The position numbers and the translations under genes were made by a program. Positions 36,574-46,652 of a stretch of DNA of 64,000 nucleotides are shown here, piece after piece. Position 1 is the first letter of the stretch; the number at the start of each line of letters is the position of its first letter. The notes beneath the pieces are model-generated. The model searched no databases, was not told where the DNA came from, and worked only from the letters and a program-made list of their open reading frames with translations. Origin of the DNA: Parcubacteria group bacterium (lineage in GTDB: Bacteria > Patescibacteriota > Minisyncoccia > Moranbacterales > UBA11712); NCBI GenBank assembly GCA_041659065.1, contig JBAZYY010000001.1, forward strand, positions 163,124 through 227,123, given 5' to 3'.

Positions 36574-38508
36574 CTATTCTGAGACATTAATAATGATACG
36601 ATTTTCAAATATTGGCATTTTCTTCAAAAAATACGGCCACATCTGTATATCTATTTTGCTGATAGACGGATAACTTTTTGCATAATTATAGGCTGATTCA
36701 ACGCTTTTTCCTAAAATGCCGCGCTTAAAATTTTCTGCGTCAATTTTTGGATTTTCATTTGCATCGCCTTTTATATTGAAGCTGAGGGTGTCATTATCCA
36801 AGTCATACCCATCCACGATATAGTTCAGATTCTCTCCGTCCACAATATTGCTACTGCCTAAGTCTCTTGTTCCAAAAATCACCTCAGCGATGTCGCCCTT
36901 ACTGACAGCTAAGCCTTGCAACTTCACATCAGCGGTGAGTGTGAATTTATCAGCTGAATCTCCGACAGAAGCAGAAGAAGTCGTGCTGATTATTTCAGCT
37001 TTTACAGTATCTTCAAATAATTTTTCATCGCTTCCCATCTTTTGCGCAATCTTATCTATGGCTTCTTTTTTAATCTGACCGGCTATATCCTCTTTGGCCG
37101 CCTGTAAATCTTGAGAGGAAACAATCTTTGCCTCGTCTGAAGAGCCGCCTGTCATATTCGCAGCCGATTTGGCGTAAAATTTCTGATATTTTGGGCTGTC
37201 CTTAAATCCCGGGATCGTAAAGGACGTTGGCGCTATATCATATTCTTGTCCTGGCTGATCGGCTAATACTTCTACTTCGACCGAGCCTGGAGAGTTGTCA
37301 TTTCCTGACTTTTTCATGCCCGGAACAACTGCTGAATTCGTTATCCTGAAAATTTTTCCATCCGGCGTTTCCAGCCTGGTGGTGGCTACCAGTGCCTGGT
37401 CTTCAGTGCTGTACTCATTGTATATTATCACTTTTCCCCCAGATTTGCCTTTTCCCGTTTTTGATCCGGTAGCATTATATTCCAGGGCTTTTTTTTCGGT
37501 AAATTCCATTTTTTTGGCGGGAATATTGCCGCTGGCTGCGTCGACTGCATTTACACTGGCGGAAGCGTTAATATTTTTAGACACGGATTTAGCCAAGCTT
37601 ATCGGATGAATATTGACAGTAGCCTTTGGAAGATAAACATAAGCGAGAAATCCCACTGCAGCTACTGCAAAAAAGGCCAAAAAAAATAAAAAGTATTTAG
37701 CCGCAGAACCCTTGACCTTTTCCGTATCCATGATCTTTTTTTCCTTTCGGCTATGGCTGAAAATCGATGATCTGCCAAAATACGCATCCGTTTTTTTAGC
37801 AAAATTATCAGTCAAAAAAATGTTTTTATCCAGTTTTTCCAAGCTATCCTCTTTGATTATTATGGCTTCGCTGTTTAATGTTGCGGAGTTGCTCTTCGGA
37901 GTGTGAATATTTTTTTCAGTTTGTCTCGCCATAGGAGTTGATACGGATTTCCTTCCAGGCGCTTTTTTCTTCGCTTCTGGTATAATATCACTCATTCTTA
38001 CCGATTTTTTCTTTACTTTCTGGCTGCTTGCTTTGCTTGCAGGCGAAACAATGTCATTCTTTTTTTCAGGAATTTCAGGGATTTCATTCTCATTCTCTTG
38101 CGCAACCGGCATACTGACTGCCGCCCCGTAAAAAAAGTCCGATCCAATTTGCCTTTTAAAATCGCTTTGCTCAAAGTTGGTTTCCTTTGAAGCAGCTGAC
38201 TTTTCGAGCAATGACTCATTTATATCCTCCACGGCACTTGCCGAAACTTCGCCCTCCGGCCTGCCAGCGCTCTTTATGCCCGCCTTTTCAATTAATTTTT
38301 TTCCAAGCTTATCCTGGGTGACAATTATTAATTTCTTTTTTCTCCGATCTGATTCCCGCTTCAGAAGACGCAAATTTACGAGACTTTGTAAAAGCAACGC
38401 TCTTTTTGGCGCGACTACAATCACCTCCGCTTCTCTCGATTTTTTCAATCGGTCGATAATAGAGGTTATCTCCTCGTCTATATCAATATAGATAGTTTTA
38501 TGTGACAA
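36574..38508 (-). CDS. Membrane protein with C-terminal baseplate-J-like domain (CPR-conserved type)
   Basis: IYIDIDEEITSIIDRL N-terminus, disordered linker, TM ending LPKATV, LVATTRL and ADQPGQEYDI motifs. Confidence 0.65.
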   Translation of the reverse strand: MSHKTIYIDIDEEITSIIDRLKKSREAEVIVVAPKRALLLQSLVNLRLLKRESDRRKKKLIIVTQDKLGKKLIEKAGIKSAGRPEGEVSASAVEDINESLLEKSAASKETNFEQSDFKRQIGSDFFYGAAVSMPVAQENENEIPEIPEKKNDIVSPASKASSQKVKKKSVRMSDIIPEAKKKAPGRKSVSTPMARQTEKNIHTPKSNSATLNSEAIIIKEDSLEKLDKNIFLTDNFAKKTDAYFGRSSIFSHSRKEKKIMDTEKVKGSAAKYFLFFLAFFAVAAVGFLAYVYLPKATVNIHPISLAKSVSKNINASASVNAVDAASGNIPAKKMEFTEKKALEYNATGSKTGKGKSGGKVIIYNEYSTEDQALVATTRLETPDGKIFRITNSAVVPGMKKSGNDNSPGSVEVEVLADQPGQEYDIAPTSFTIPGFKDSPKYQKFYAKSAANMTGGSSDEAKIVSSQDLQAAKEDIAGQIKKEAIDKIAQKMGSDEKLFEDTVKAEIISTTSSASVGDSADKFTLTADVKLQGLAVSKGDIAEVIFGTRDLGSSNIVDGENLNYIVDGYDLDNDTLSFNIKGDANENPKIDAENFKRGILGKSVESAYNYAKSYPSISKIDIQMWPYFLKKMPIFENRIIINVSE

Positions 38509-38576
38509 AAATTACGGAGCGCAGAACATGTAACGCAAAGATGTTTCATGCTATGTGCTGATATATTATGTGAATT

Positions 38577-39842
38577 TTAATTCTGCATCATCTTTACCGC
38601 ACGCCGAAGCATATTTGAGAGCATTTTTTCTTCACCCACTAAATCCAAAGCAAGATTCGCAAGGCCCATCGGCGTTATATCCTGAGGATCTTTCAAAAAT
38701 CCGGTCGTATCCTGGATATTTACGACATCTTTCGGCTGCAAAAAATTCACACTTGGCATCTTGCTGAATGGCAAATTTTTTGACCAGTTTCTGTTCAGCA
38801 AAGCTCTTTTTATGCCAGGAAGCGCGGATCCTCCTCCGCACAAAAGAATTCTAGGCGGCAACAAATCCGTTTCAGAATATTCATTGAGCGACAATTCTAC
38901 CCCATCCAGCCATACTCCGCAATCCTCCTCTAGGATTTTGTCCAGTTTCGGCGCTATGTCCGCGCCCAACTTCCCTAAACCGTAGCTGATTTTAAGATGC
39001 TCAGCTTCTTCAAAAGAAATATTCAGCTCTTGGGCAATTTTCTTTGTAAAAGCCCGCCCACCAAGAGCAAACATTTTGGTCCCTTCCAGTCCGCCGTTTC
39101 TGACCACGGCAATATCCGTTGTCCCTCCCCCAACGTCAATGAAAATCGCGCTAAAATCGACTGTATTTTCGAGTCCCATCGATCTGGCAACCGCATAGGG
39201 TTCCGCGGCAATACTTAGCAGATCCAAGTCAAGCTCCTCAGCTATCGCTTGAAGGGCGCCCAAGTGGACAATCGGCGCATAGGCATTGAAGATGCCGATT
39301 GAAACATCCCTGCCCTGAAATCCCAACGGATTTGTCACCCTATACCCATCGATCCTTACATCCACAATGGCGGCGTTTATTAGCTTCACATCAATCTCAC
39401 TATGTCCTGTTTCCCAAGCCAGCTGCTGGCGAATTCGGTCGAATGCTTTCCATTGCACTTTTTGAATAATATTTTTAAGTTCCGGAAGATCTATCCTTAT
39501 CTCCGGTTTTAATCTTTCGTAATGCACGGTCGTGGTCGAGCCCTTTACCAGCTCTCCGGCAATTCCCATTATGGTCTGTTCAATCCTTCTGACATTTGCC
39601 ATATTTTCGGCCATTTCAATCGCATGCTGGCAAGTTCTTATGACTCCGCTAATATCACTGACAGCTCCGCTTTGCATATCGCCAAGTTTTTGCCTGACTT
39701 TCCCGACACCCATGACTATTCCCTTTTCGCTTTCCTCATCAATCCTAAAAATCAAGGCCTTCACTACTTCAGTGCCGATATCCAAAGCAAGCGCAAAATT
39801 AGCCTTACCTCTTCCCCTAAATATATTAGAAAATAGGCCCAT
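38577..39842 (-). CDS. FtsA-like actin-fold ATPase
   Basis: ALDIGT, IDGY, AEPYA, IDVGGGTTD, GGRAFT, LCGGGS. Confidence 0.8.
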   Translation of the reverse strand: MGLFSNIFRGRGKANFALALDIGTEVVKALIFRIDEESEKGIVMGVGKVRQKLGDMQSGAVSDISGVIRTCQHAIEMAENMANVRRIEQTIMGIAGELVKGSTTTVHYERLKPEIRIDLPELKNIIQKVQWKAFDRIRQQLAWETGHSEIDVKLINAAIVDVRIDGYRVTNPLGFQGRDVSIGIFNAYAPIVHLGALQAIAEELDLDLLSIAAEPYAVARSMGLENTVDFSAIFIDVGGGTTDIAVVRNGGLEGTKMFALGGRAFTKKIAQELNISFEEAEHLKISYGLGKLGADIAPKLDKILEEDCGVWLDGVELSLNEYSETDLLPPRILLCGGGSALPGIKRALLNRNWSKNLPFSKMPSVNFLQPKDVVNIQDTTGFLKDPQDITPMGLANLALDLVGEEKMLSNMLRRAVKMMQN

Positions 39843-39900
39843 TGGGAGTATTTATTATTTTTCCATTACCTGACCTTTATTATACTGACAATCATCCTTT

Positions 39901-40938
39901 TTGACAAAAGCTGCGAATATCCGTAATCTTAAATCATTGACTATGCTATCAGCTGAACAAATAAAATCAATTTATAAATACCTGCGGTTTTTTATCTATC
40001 TCATCCCACTCATGACCGTTTTTTTTGGAGCTTTTTTTATTCTTTTTCCCACGGACAGTTACAGCTATACCGCAAATAATTCCGCTGCATCGAAATTCGC
40101 AATAAGTGAAAACGAAGTAAAAAACACTTTACATTTTGGAATTTTTCCGCTTAGATCCTTCCAAAATATAAACTTAAACCTTACTCTGAAAAATACCGCC
40201 AATAGCGGCTGCCCCAAAAATCTTACGATTTCCCTGATTAAAACTTACGCCGCTTTTCTTTTGCCGGAAGGGAAACCGATCAGCACCGAGGATGAACTAA
40301 ACCAAATTCTATTTGATGAAAATAAAACAAAATATCCCAACGGATCTCTCTTGCATTTAAAGCCTACAAACGAAGTTTTTTTCGTTAGCCATGGAAAGAT
40401 TACGCTATTTCCGGGTCCGGAAATATTCGAAGCCTTCGGCTTTAGTTTTGACAATCTCACGGATATTGACAAAGCCACTGCCGATTTATTCCCTGTCTCG
40501 GATACCAAAGTATTCAAGTGGACGGACATCCATCCGGACGGCACTATTTTCAAAGCGTACCCGTCACATCGCCTCTACATCATCTCTAATGGAGCAAAAC
40601 ACCTGATTGAAAACGGAGATTTACTCAATAAGGTTTGGCCGCAAAATTTCACCGTTCCGGTTGATGATCCGGATACCCTCGAGAGCCAAACATGCAATGT
40701 TTCAAATCAAGCATTGAGAAATGGCCGGGTAAATTGCAAGTTTAATAATAAGTTTGGGTCTCTCGGAAAATATCTTAATTTCACCATCGCTCCTGCTGAA
40801 GGATGCGGCATCAACTCAATAGGCATTAAACAAGCCGAAGTAAAAATTATTTCCTCAAAGACAATGGAAACAGCGAAACAGTCCCTGCAAAATATTGCTG
40901 CTTCAATTTTAAATAGATATTTTTTTAAGAGTAACTAA
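39901..40938 (+). CDS. Membrane-anchored hypothetical protein
   Basis: TM followed by YPNGSLL / HPDGTIF repeat-like units. Confidence 0.65.
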   Translation: MTKAANIRNLKSLTMLSAEQIKSIYKYLRFFIYLIPLMTVFFGAFFILFPTDSYSYTANNSAASKFAISENEVKNTLHFGIFPLRSFQNINLNLTLKNTANSGCPKNLTISLIKTYAAFLLPEGKPISTEDELNQILFDENKTKYPNGSLLHLKPTNEVFFVSHGKITLFPGPEIFEAFGFSFDNLTDIDKATADLFPVSDTKVFKWTDIHPDGTIFKAYPSHRLYIISNGAKHLIENGDLLNKVWPQNFTVPVDDPDTLESQTCNVSNQALRNGRVNCKFNNKFGSLGKYLNFTIAPAEGCGINSIGIKQAEVKIISSKTMETAKQSLQNIAASILNRYFFKSN

Positions 40939-40943
40939 TTGAC

Positions 40944-41354
40944 ATGAGCTGGAAGAAATTTTTTATTTCAATACTTAAAGACCTGACGGTATCGTTGATC
41001 GTCACTTACTTCATATTGATCATTCCCGAACTCGTCTTGCCTAATTTGGTGAGCTCGCATGTGAGCCTTAAATACCTGCTGGCGCTGATAGTGCTGCTTG
41101 GCTTGGCTTATTCCTTGCTTGCTGAGAAAAAAACACGCCCGGAAACAAATCCGAAGTTCAGGTCAATTTCGCAAAACATCTTGAACATCCTTCTTTTTCT
41201 GATATTCGCAATGCTGCTTCTAAGTCTATATAAGATGAGGTTTTGGGAGGTCGTTTTAATCTCCGCGCTTTCTCTTTTATTTTTTATCTCACTGGAAAAT
41301 ATACTATTTTCTGAAAAGAAGGACCTCGCCAATAATCAGAAATTAATAAAGTAG
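40944..41354 (+). CDS. Four-TM membrane protein
   Basis: Hydrophobic 136-aa ORF. Confidence 0.7.
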   Translation: MSWKKFFISILKDLTVSLIVTYFILIIPELVLPNLVSSHVSLKYLLALIVLLGLAYSLLAEKKTRPETNPKFRSISQNILNILLFLIFAMLLLSLYKMRFWEVVLISALSLLFFISLENILFSEKKDLANNQKLIK

Positions 41355-41358
41355 TTCG

Positions 41359-42930
41359 TCAGTTTATTTCCGATCCAACGCTTAAGCCGTTAACATCGCT
41401 TCGTTTTACTTTTGTTATTTTTTTGAACCCCATAGTGGAGGCAAGTTTTTTTGCTGAAAAACGCCTTAGGTTTTTATTTTCAACAAAATAATATCTGCTT
41501 TTATAACTCACCACTCCGCCATCTTGGACTTTCAGCGAGTTTTTAGTTTTAAACAATTTTAATGCTTTTTTTGAAACCCGCAGAACCATTCTGGAACTGA
41601 AACTGGCCTTAAATACTGTTTTGGAAATTTTCAGCTTTACGGACCCTTCGGCTATGTAATAATAATCCTTTTTGTTGCTAGTAATTATTGTCCCCGCAGG
41701 CAGATTGCTGATCGTTTCTATGTCTACTCCTGCTTGGTAAGCGCTAATCTCCGCATCGGAGATTGCCTCGGAGCTGTTTAGATTCACCAGTCCCAGTTCG
41801 CTCTGAGGCAAAACCAGTTTACGCTTCAAACCGCTTTCGATTAAATAATAATCGTTTCCGCTGCCTCTCACAAACGCTCCGTTTCTGAGATCAGCTGCAC
41901 CGCCTTGCTCATAGCTTTCCCACTTTGCCTGGCTTATCTCAATAATATTGTTAAGATTATATCCCGTAAAAAGAACCGCGGAGCTATTGATCGGCCGAAT
42001 TTTTCCGTCCTCCAGAATTCCGCATTGTCCATTTTCCGCCGTCCTGAATATAGTTCCGGATGGATAAATATGACCGGTATTCTCTCCCGAGCTTCCGATC
42101 TCACCTGCCAGCGGAAACATCATTATTTGATTCGAACTCAAAGCGGCCACTTGCGGCTTGTTGCTGTTGGTATATCGTTTGCCGTCCGAGAACTCATTCA
42201 AGCTGCCGTCAGCATTATTTTTGAACGCGAAATTTTGATACGAGGCGGCGTAACTTAAGCTAGCTTTCCTGATTTCCGACAAGGTATTGTACAATTTTTT
42301 GCCTGGACATTGGGTGCTGGTTAAATCCCGGTGGCCTACTACCGCCGAATCAAGATTCCTGCTTGAAAAATGAACTTTTTTTGAAAGATCAATATCATTA
42401 GCCATTGCGAGCCAGCCTATTAGTTTATCCAGCGATTCTTGAGCCGCGGACGAGATATTATTGGATTCGTAATTTCCTAGAATTGCGATTCCTATCGAGC
42501 CTTCGTTATAGCCGGAAGTATGTCCCGCAATCACTCCATTGCCGCCTTCGCGACCCTCGAAAATTTGTCCATCCTTTCCGATAACATAGTTATAGCCAAT
42601 ATCACCCCATCTTTTAGTATAAGAGTGGTATTTATAAATACTTTGGATTTGTTTGGCATCGGATTTGCTCGAAGACGTATCGGTATGATGGACGACAAAT
42701 ATTTCGGGATCCGCATATTCCTTGCTCCAGGTAACCCCTCTTTTCTTATTCTTTTTTTCAAGCGAACTCATCGCGCTGTTCCACCAATCGGATCGTGCGT
42801 GAATAATCGGAACACCTGATGTGTCCAGCGCCTTTACCTTGTTTTTGGCGCCGCATTCCAAGGCAAAATTAGAAGCCAAGAGGCTGCTTATAGCAAGTGA
42901 AAAAAGAGAAAGTCTTATGAATTTTATCAT
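41359..42930 (-). CDS. N-acetylmuramoyl-L-alanine amidase (Amidase_2/PGRP-like)
   Basis: Signal peptide; VVHHT, WGDIGYN, IFEGR, AGHT..YN, GHRD..STQCPG. Confidence 0.9.
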   Translation of the reverse strand: MIKFIRLSLFSLAISSLLASNFALECGAKNKVKALDTSGVPIIHARSDWWNSAMSSLEKKNKKRGVTWSKEYADPEIFVVHHTDTSSSKSDAKQIQSIYKYHSYTKRWGDIGYNYVIGKDGQIFEGREGGNGVIAGHTSGYNEGSIGIAILGNYESNNISSAAQESLDKLIGWLAMANDIDLSKKVHFSSRNLDSAVVGHRDLTSTQCPGKKLYNTLSEIRKASLSYAASYQNFAFKNNADGSLNEFSDGKRYTNSNKPQVAALSSNQIMMFPLAGEIGSSGENTGHIYPSGTIFRTAENGQCGILEDGKIRPINSSAVLFTGYNLNNIIEISQAKWESYEQGGAADLRNGAFVRGSGNDYYLIESGLKRKLVLPQSELGLVNLNSSEAISDAEISAYQAGVDIETISNLPAGTIITSNKKDYYYIAEGSVKLKISKTVFKASFSSRMVLRVSKKALKLFKTKNSLKVQDGGVVSYKSRYYFVENKNLRRFSAKKLASTMGFKKITKVKRSDVNGLSVGSEIN

Positions 42931-42951
42931 CTCGAAAAAGAGTTATTTTTG

Positions 42952-43980
42952 TTATTTCACCGAACCAAGCTTGGTGTCATCGTCAACGTATTGAAATTCA
43001 CAATTTTCGTTGTTTTTCGCAGAAATAGCTTCAAAAGCCTCGGGAGAAAGGCCGCCTACTCTTCCCGTCCAGATTGCCGGTCCGGCTTCCAGAATAGAGG
43101 CTACAACTTTTTTTCCATTTCTCTTGTTGGTGACCAGTACCTTTTTCTTTTTATACCAATCTTTTTTGCTCGTGCTTGAATCAAGGGCTCGAGTGACTCT
43201 CTCCCACTGTCCGCCCTTGTATCTATATTCCAACCTCACGGCGTCATTTTTATCATGGGCGGCTTTGGAACTTTTATAACCCCGGCTTAAACCCTTCAAT
43301 TTATCGCCGCTTTTGGAAGAATAGTGCATATATTCACCCTCTATTTTTACATAGCCTGATTTGGGAAAATCATCCGCATCCTTAAGCGTGATTGATTTTG
43401 CAACCTTGTCTATCTTGCTTGCCAACTCTGATTCCGGTTCCTTCCAATCCGTGTATTCCCAACGCATGGTGACGTAGTATTTTTCTTCGTTTTTATCGCC
43501 GCTATCAAGTGGCCCAAATGATCCGTAACCCCCCGCCATGCCGTTCTGGCAGCTCTTGGACACATTCGCCATGGAATAATGGCTACTAGCCGATTGGTTC
43601 TTTTTTAGCCAAAGATGCTGCTCAATCGCGATTTTCCCAACAGTATCCGGAAGCGGGTATTTGCCACTAACGACATTAACGACGTCGCTCGTGCTCGAAG
43701 GAGAATTCCCGCTGTTAGTATTATTATTTTGAGAAGCGACGGCAGCCTGATAATTTTTTTTAATCTTATTGTATTCGGTGCGGCTTATTTTGGGCAGATA
43801 TTTTTCCCAGTATGTTTGCGGCACGCCGTTCTGTTCCAGTATGTTTTGCCATTTTGTCTTTTTGGCGGCTTGGCACGAATATCCAAACAGGACTAAAGCG
43901 GCAATGAAAAAAACAGACCATGCGAATGATCGTAAATATTTTGTTATTCCCTTGTTTTTTGGTTTTATATTCGAAAGCAT
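42952..43980 (-). CDS. Secreted protein with RlpA-like double-psi beta-barrel
   Basis: KVLVTNKRNGKKVVASILEAGP...RVGGLSPEAF resembles DPBB. Confidence 0.55.
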   Translation of the reverse strand: MLSNIKPKNKGITKYLRSFAWSVFFIAALVLFGYSCQAAKKTKWQNILEQNGVPQTYWEKYLPKISRTEYNKIKKNYQAAVASQNNNTNSGNSPSSTSDVVNVVSGKYPLPDTVGKIAIEQHLWLKKNQSASSHYSMANVSKSCQNGMAGGYGSFGPLDSGDKNEEKYYVTMRWEYTDWKEPESELASKIDKVAKSITLKDADDFPKSGYVKIEGEYMHYSSKSGDKLKGLSRGYKSSKAAHDKNDAVRLEYRYKGGQWERVTRALDSSTSKKDWYKKKKVLVTNKRNGKKVVASILEAGPAIWTGRVGGLSPEAFEAISAKNNENCEFQYVDDDTKLGSVK

Positions 43981-44005
43981 CCTTAACCGATGATTAAAAG
44001 ATAGA

Positions 44006-45121
44006 TTATTCTATAAGCCAATCGAGTGTTTCCTGGGCGCATTTCTTCCAGCTAAATTCAGCTGCTCTCGCTAATCCCTTATTTTTAAGATCATCTTTTA
44101 GTTTATTATTTTTTAGTAATTCGCGCAATACCCTTTCCAGATCTTGCGAATCATTCTCGTCGAATAATAATCCGTTTTCCCCTATTATTTCGCTTAAACT
44201 GGAGTTATCCGCAGCGATTACCGGCACTCCACAAGCCATCGCTTCAAGCGCTGTCATTCCAAAACCTTCGTAGAGCGAAGGCAATATGAAAGCTTCCGCT
44301 CCCGCCAGAAGTCCCGGAAGATCTTTGGTTTCAAATTTCCCGGTCAGGATCACGCTTTCAGATTCATTAATTTTTTTTACAATACTCTCGTGAAACCAGC
44401 CTAAGTCTCCCGCGATGACCAGTCCCATATCTTTATACGAACTATCTCGCTTTAATGACGCAAAAGCATCCAAAAGAACCTCGATGTTTTTCCTGGGCTG
44501 AATCGCGCCGACATAAATCAGATATTTGGCATAAGATACATGATGCTTGGCTTTAGCCTTATTGATATCTTCCGAAGGAATATTTTCATTAAACAGCTCT
44601 TTGTCATATCCATGATAAATTACTTTTATCTTATCTTCCCTGGCGCCTGGATACAGCCTTAGAATGTCACCTTTTGTTGAATTTGATACTGCAATAATTT
44701 TATCGGCTCTTTTTATGGCGTAGTCGGTAAAATAATTCAGCCTTCGCAGATCTTTGCCGGGGAAATGGTCCGGAAATAACTTGAAAGCCAGGTCATGTAT
44801 CGTAACGACAGTTTTTGTCATTTTTGATCGAATGCACGGCAGGGAGTGCATGGGCATCCATAAAACATCCGGTTTTTCGCGCAAAATTTTCAGCCCAAAA
44901 CGGACTTGCGTCCACCAGAAGGGAAATTCAAGATTAATAATTTGATAGTTTGGAAAGACAGGAAAGCTTAACTCCGGATTAAATTCCTTGTTTTTGTGGT
45001 AAATCAAAAATTGGTCCTCTTTATCGAGAAGACCAAAATTTTTCAATATATTTCGGATGTATATTCGCGTTCCGTCAATCCGCGCGTGATCAAGATCGGA
45101 AGCATTAATCGCGATTCGCAT
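44006..45121 (-). CDS. Glycosyltransferase family 4
   Basis: VVTIHDL, IAVSNST, QPRKN, PSLYEGFGMTALEAMACGVPV. Confidence 0.92.
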   Translation of the reverse strand: MRIAINASDLDHARIDGTRIYIRNILKNFGLLDKEDQFLIYHKNKEFNPELSFPVFPNYQIINLEFPFWWTQVRFGLKILREKPDVLWMPMHSLPCIRSKMTKTVVTIHDLAFKLFPDHFPGKDLRRLNYFTDYAIKRADKIIAVSNSTKGDILRLYPGAREDKIKVIYHGYDKELFNENIPSEDINKAKAKHHVSYAKYLIYVGAIQPRKNIEVLLDAFASLKRDSSYKDMGLVIAGDLGWFHESIVKKINESESVILTGKFETKDLPGLLAGAEAFILPSLYEGFGMTALEAMACGVPVIAADNSSLSEIIGENGLLFDENDSQDLERVLRELLKNNKLKDDLKNKGLARAAEFSWKKCAQETLDWLIE

Positions 45122-45158
45122 AAAAACCGTAAATATTTAACTCCTTTTAGATTAACAA

Positions 45159-46643
45159 TTAATCTATCTTGCCTCTCCGCATCTTATTTACAAATTGCGC
45201 AAAGCCAACTTGCGCATCCTGCTCAAACATTGCCTTAATTGCTATTGGGGTAGTTGCCGGTGATTTCCAATTATAGATAGGCTTTAAATTCTTTCTTATT
45301 ATATAAGCGGTTTTGACCAAAAAATTAGTGTCTCCCTGAACCGGGCAAGCATAGATATAATCTTGCAGGTCGCCGCTCTGGCTGAACGTGCTCTTGATTT
45401 CGAAAGAAATTGGCAATCCTCTTTCTTTTATTTTTCTATATGACTCGACCGGATTGGGATAATGATTAAAATTCTTGTTCAGGTGTTTAATTTCCTCGTT
45501 TTTAATGTTTTTAAGTTGATTGCTTTCCACCATGACCACCCGCCGAATTTTTTTGTCGAAAAAGCAGGCTCCGCCTTTCTGCGGCTTAATAGGATTTTGC
45601 GCGACAATTTCCATAACCATATTAAAGCCTTTTCTTCCCAGCTCTAGTGCCAACGCCAAACTCGGTAAATCAACTGCGCAGGTCAGATATCCCAAGTCCT
45701 CGACGTTGTAGGAAAGCAGGTCATCGTGTGCAGCTAAAATTCTTTCAAATTCAATGTTGGATACGAACTCCCGTTTTCCGCTATTTTTTTTATCAACTCT
45801 AAAAAATACGTTGTCATGCGCTTTTTGCATCATCATCTGGCCGTGATTATGCAGCCGCTTATTTTTCTCCGTGGTTTGGTCGTAATACAGGCTACCTTCC
45901 TTGATGTATATTCCGTGAAAGCTGCGCTGGATCATAAATAAAACTTTTTTGGGATCTAATCCAAAAAAATTATACTTTCTGAATTTATCGAGAATTTCTT
46001 CCGCAGTCTGTTCATTGAGAACTATGATTGCCGTTTGCTTGGCTAATACCTTTTTAGGATCTTTACGATTCCGCTTGGCAATTTGAGCCACATCAAACGC
46101 CATCTGGAGCATATGTCTGTTTCCCAGGGAAATACCTAAAAGTTTTTCGGGATGTCCCCCGGCAATGTTGAGAACGCTTTTCGCGTTTATTTCCTGGTTT
46201 ATTTTTTTCCTTTCTTTGGCAAGCTCTTTTGTCTTATATCCTTTTTTCTTCAACTCTTGGAGCGCCTCTTGGCGTATATGCGACACCACATCGCCCAAGG
46301 AAAATTTACTTAAATCCAAAAGATATTTTGTTCCCAATCCCAGTCGGGTTGCTTCACCAGCAGCCGTATGCTCCCAGAGGAACTTTCCCTCAAGAATCGC
46401 CTTTTCAGCCGAGGCTGTTCCTATTTTATCCTCATCCAAAACTATAATATCCTTTTCATTTATGGGCTCGAGCTGTTCGAAATTTTCGTAAGTATTTATT
46501 TTTTCCTGATCTCTCTCGATATCTTTCAATGTTGCTTTCTTGATATTTTTATAATGCCGGTTAAGCATCCATTCAATATATCGCAAGACTGAAATTCGAT
46601 ATTCCTCAAAAGAGTCCAGGTGAATTTTTGGCTTAGTGTTCAT
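45159..46643 (-). CDS. Putative UDPGP/UAP-family nucleotidyltransferase
   Basis: AAGEATRLGLGTK, HNHG, YNVEDL, QKGG motifs in the order seen in eukaryote-type UDP-sugar pyrophosphorylases. Confidence 0.55.
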   Translation of the reverse strand: MNTKPKIHLDSFEEYRISVLRYIEWMLNRHYKNIKKATLKDIERDQEKINTYENFEQLEPINEKDIIVLDEDKIGTASAEKAILEGKFLWEHTAAGEATRLGLGTKYLLDLSKFSLGDVVSHIRQEALQELKKKGYKTKELAKERKKINQEINAKSVLNIAGGHPEKLLGISLGNRHMLQMAFDVAQIAKRNRKDPKKVLAKQTAIIVLNEQTAEEILDKFRKYNFFGLDPKKVLFMIQRSFHGIYIKEGSLYYDQTTEKNKRLHNHGQMMMQKAHDNVFFRVDKKNSGKREFVSNIEFERILAAHDDLLSYNVEDLGYLTCAVDLPSLALALELGRKGFNMVMEIVAQNPIKPQKGGACFFDKKIRRVVMVESNQLKNIKNEEIKHLNKNFNHYPNPVESYRKIKERGLPISFEIKSTFSQSGDLQDYIYACPVQGDTNFLVKTAYIIRKNLKPIYNWKSPATTPIAIKAMFEQDAQVGFAQFVNKMRRGKID

Positions 46644-46652
46644 ATAGTGAAG

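Noticed and set aside
36574-38508. Prophage (baseplate-like gene)
   Set aside because: No terminase, capsid, tail or integrase genes; neighbours are housekeeping genes.
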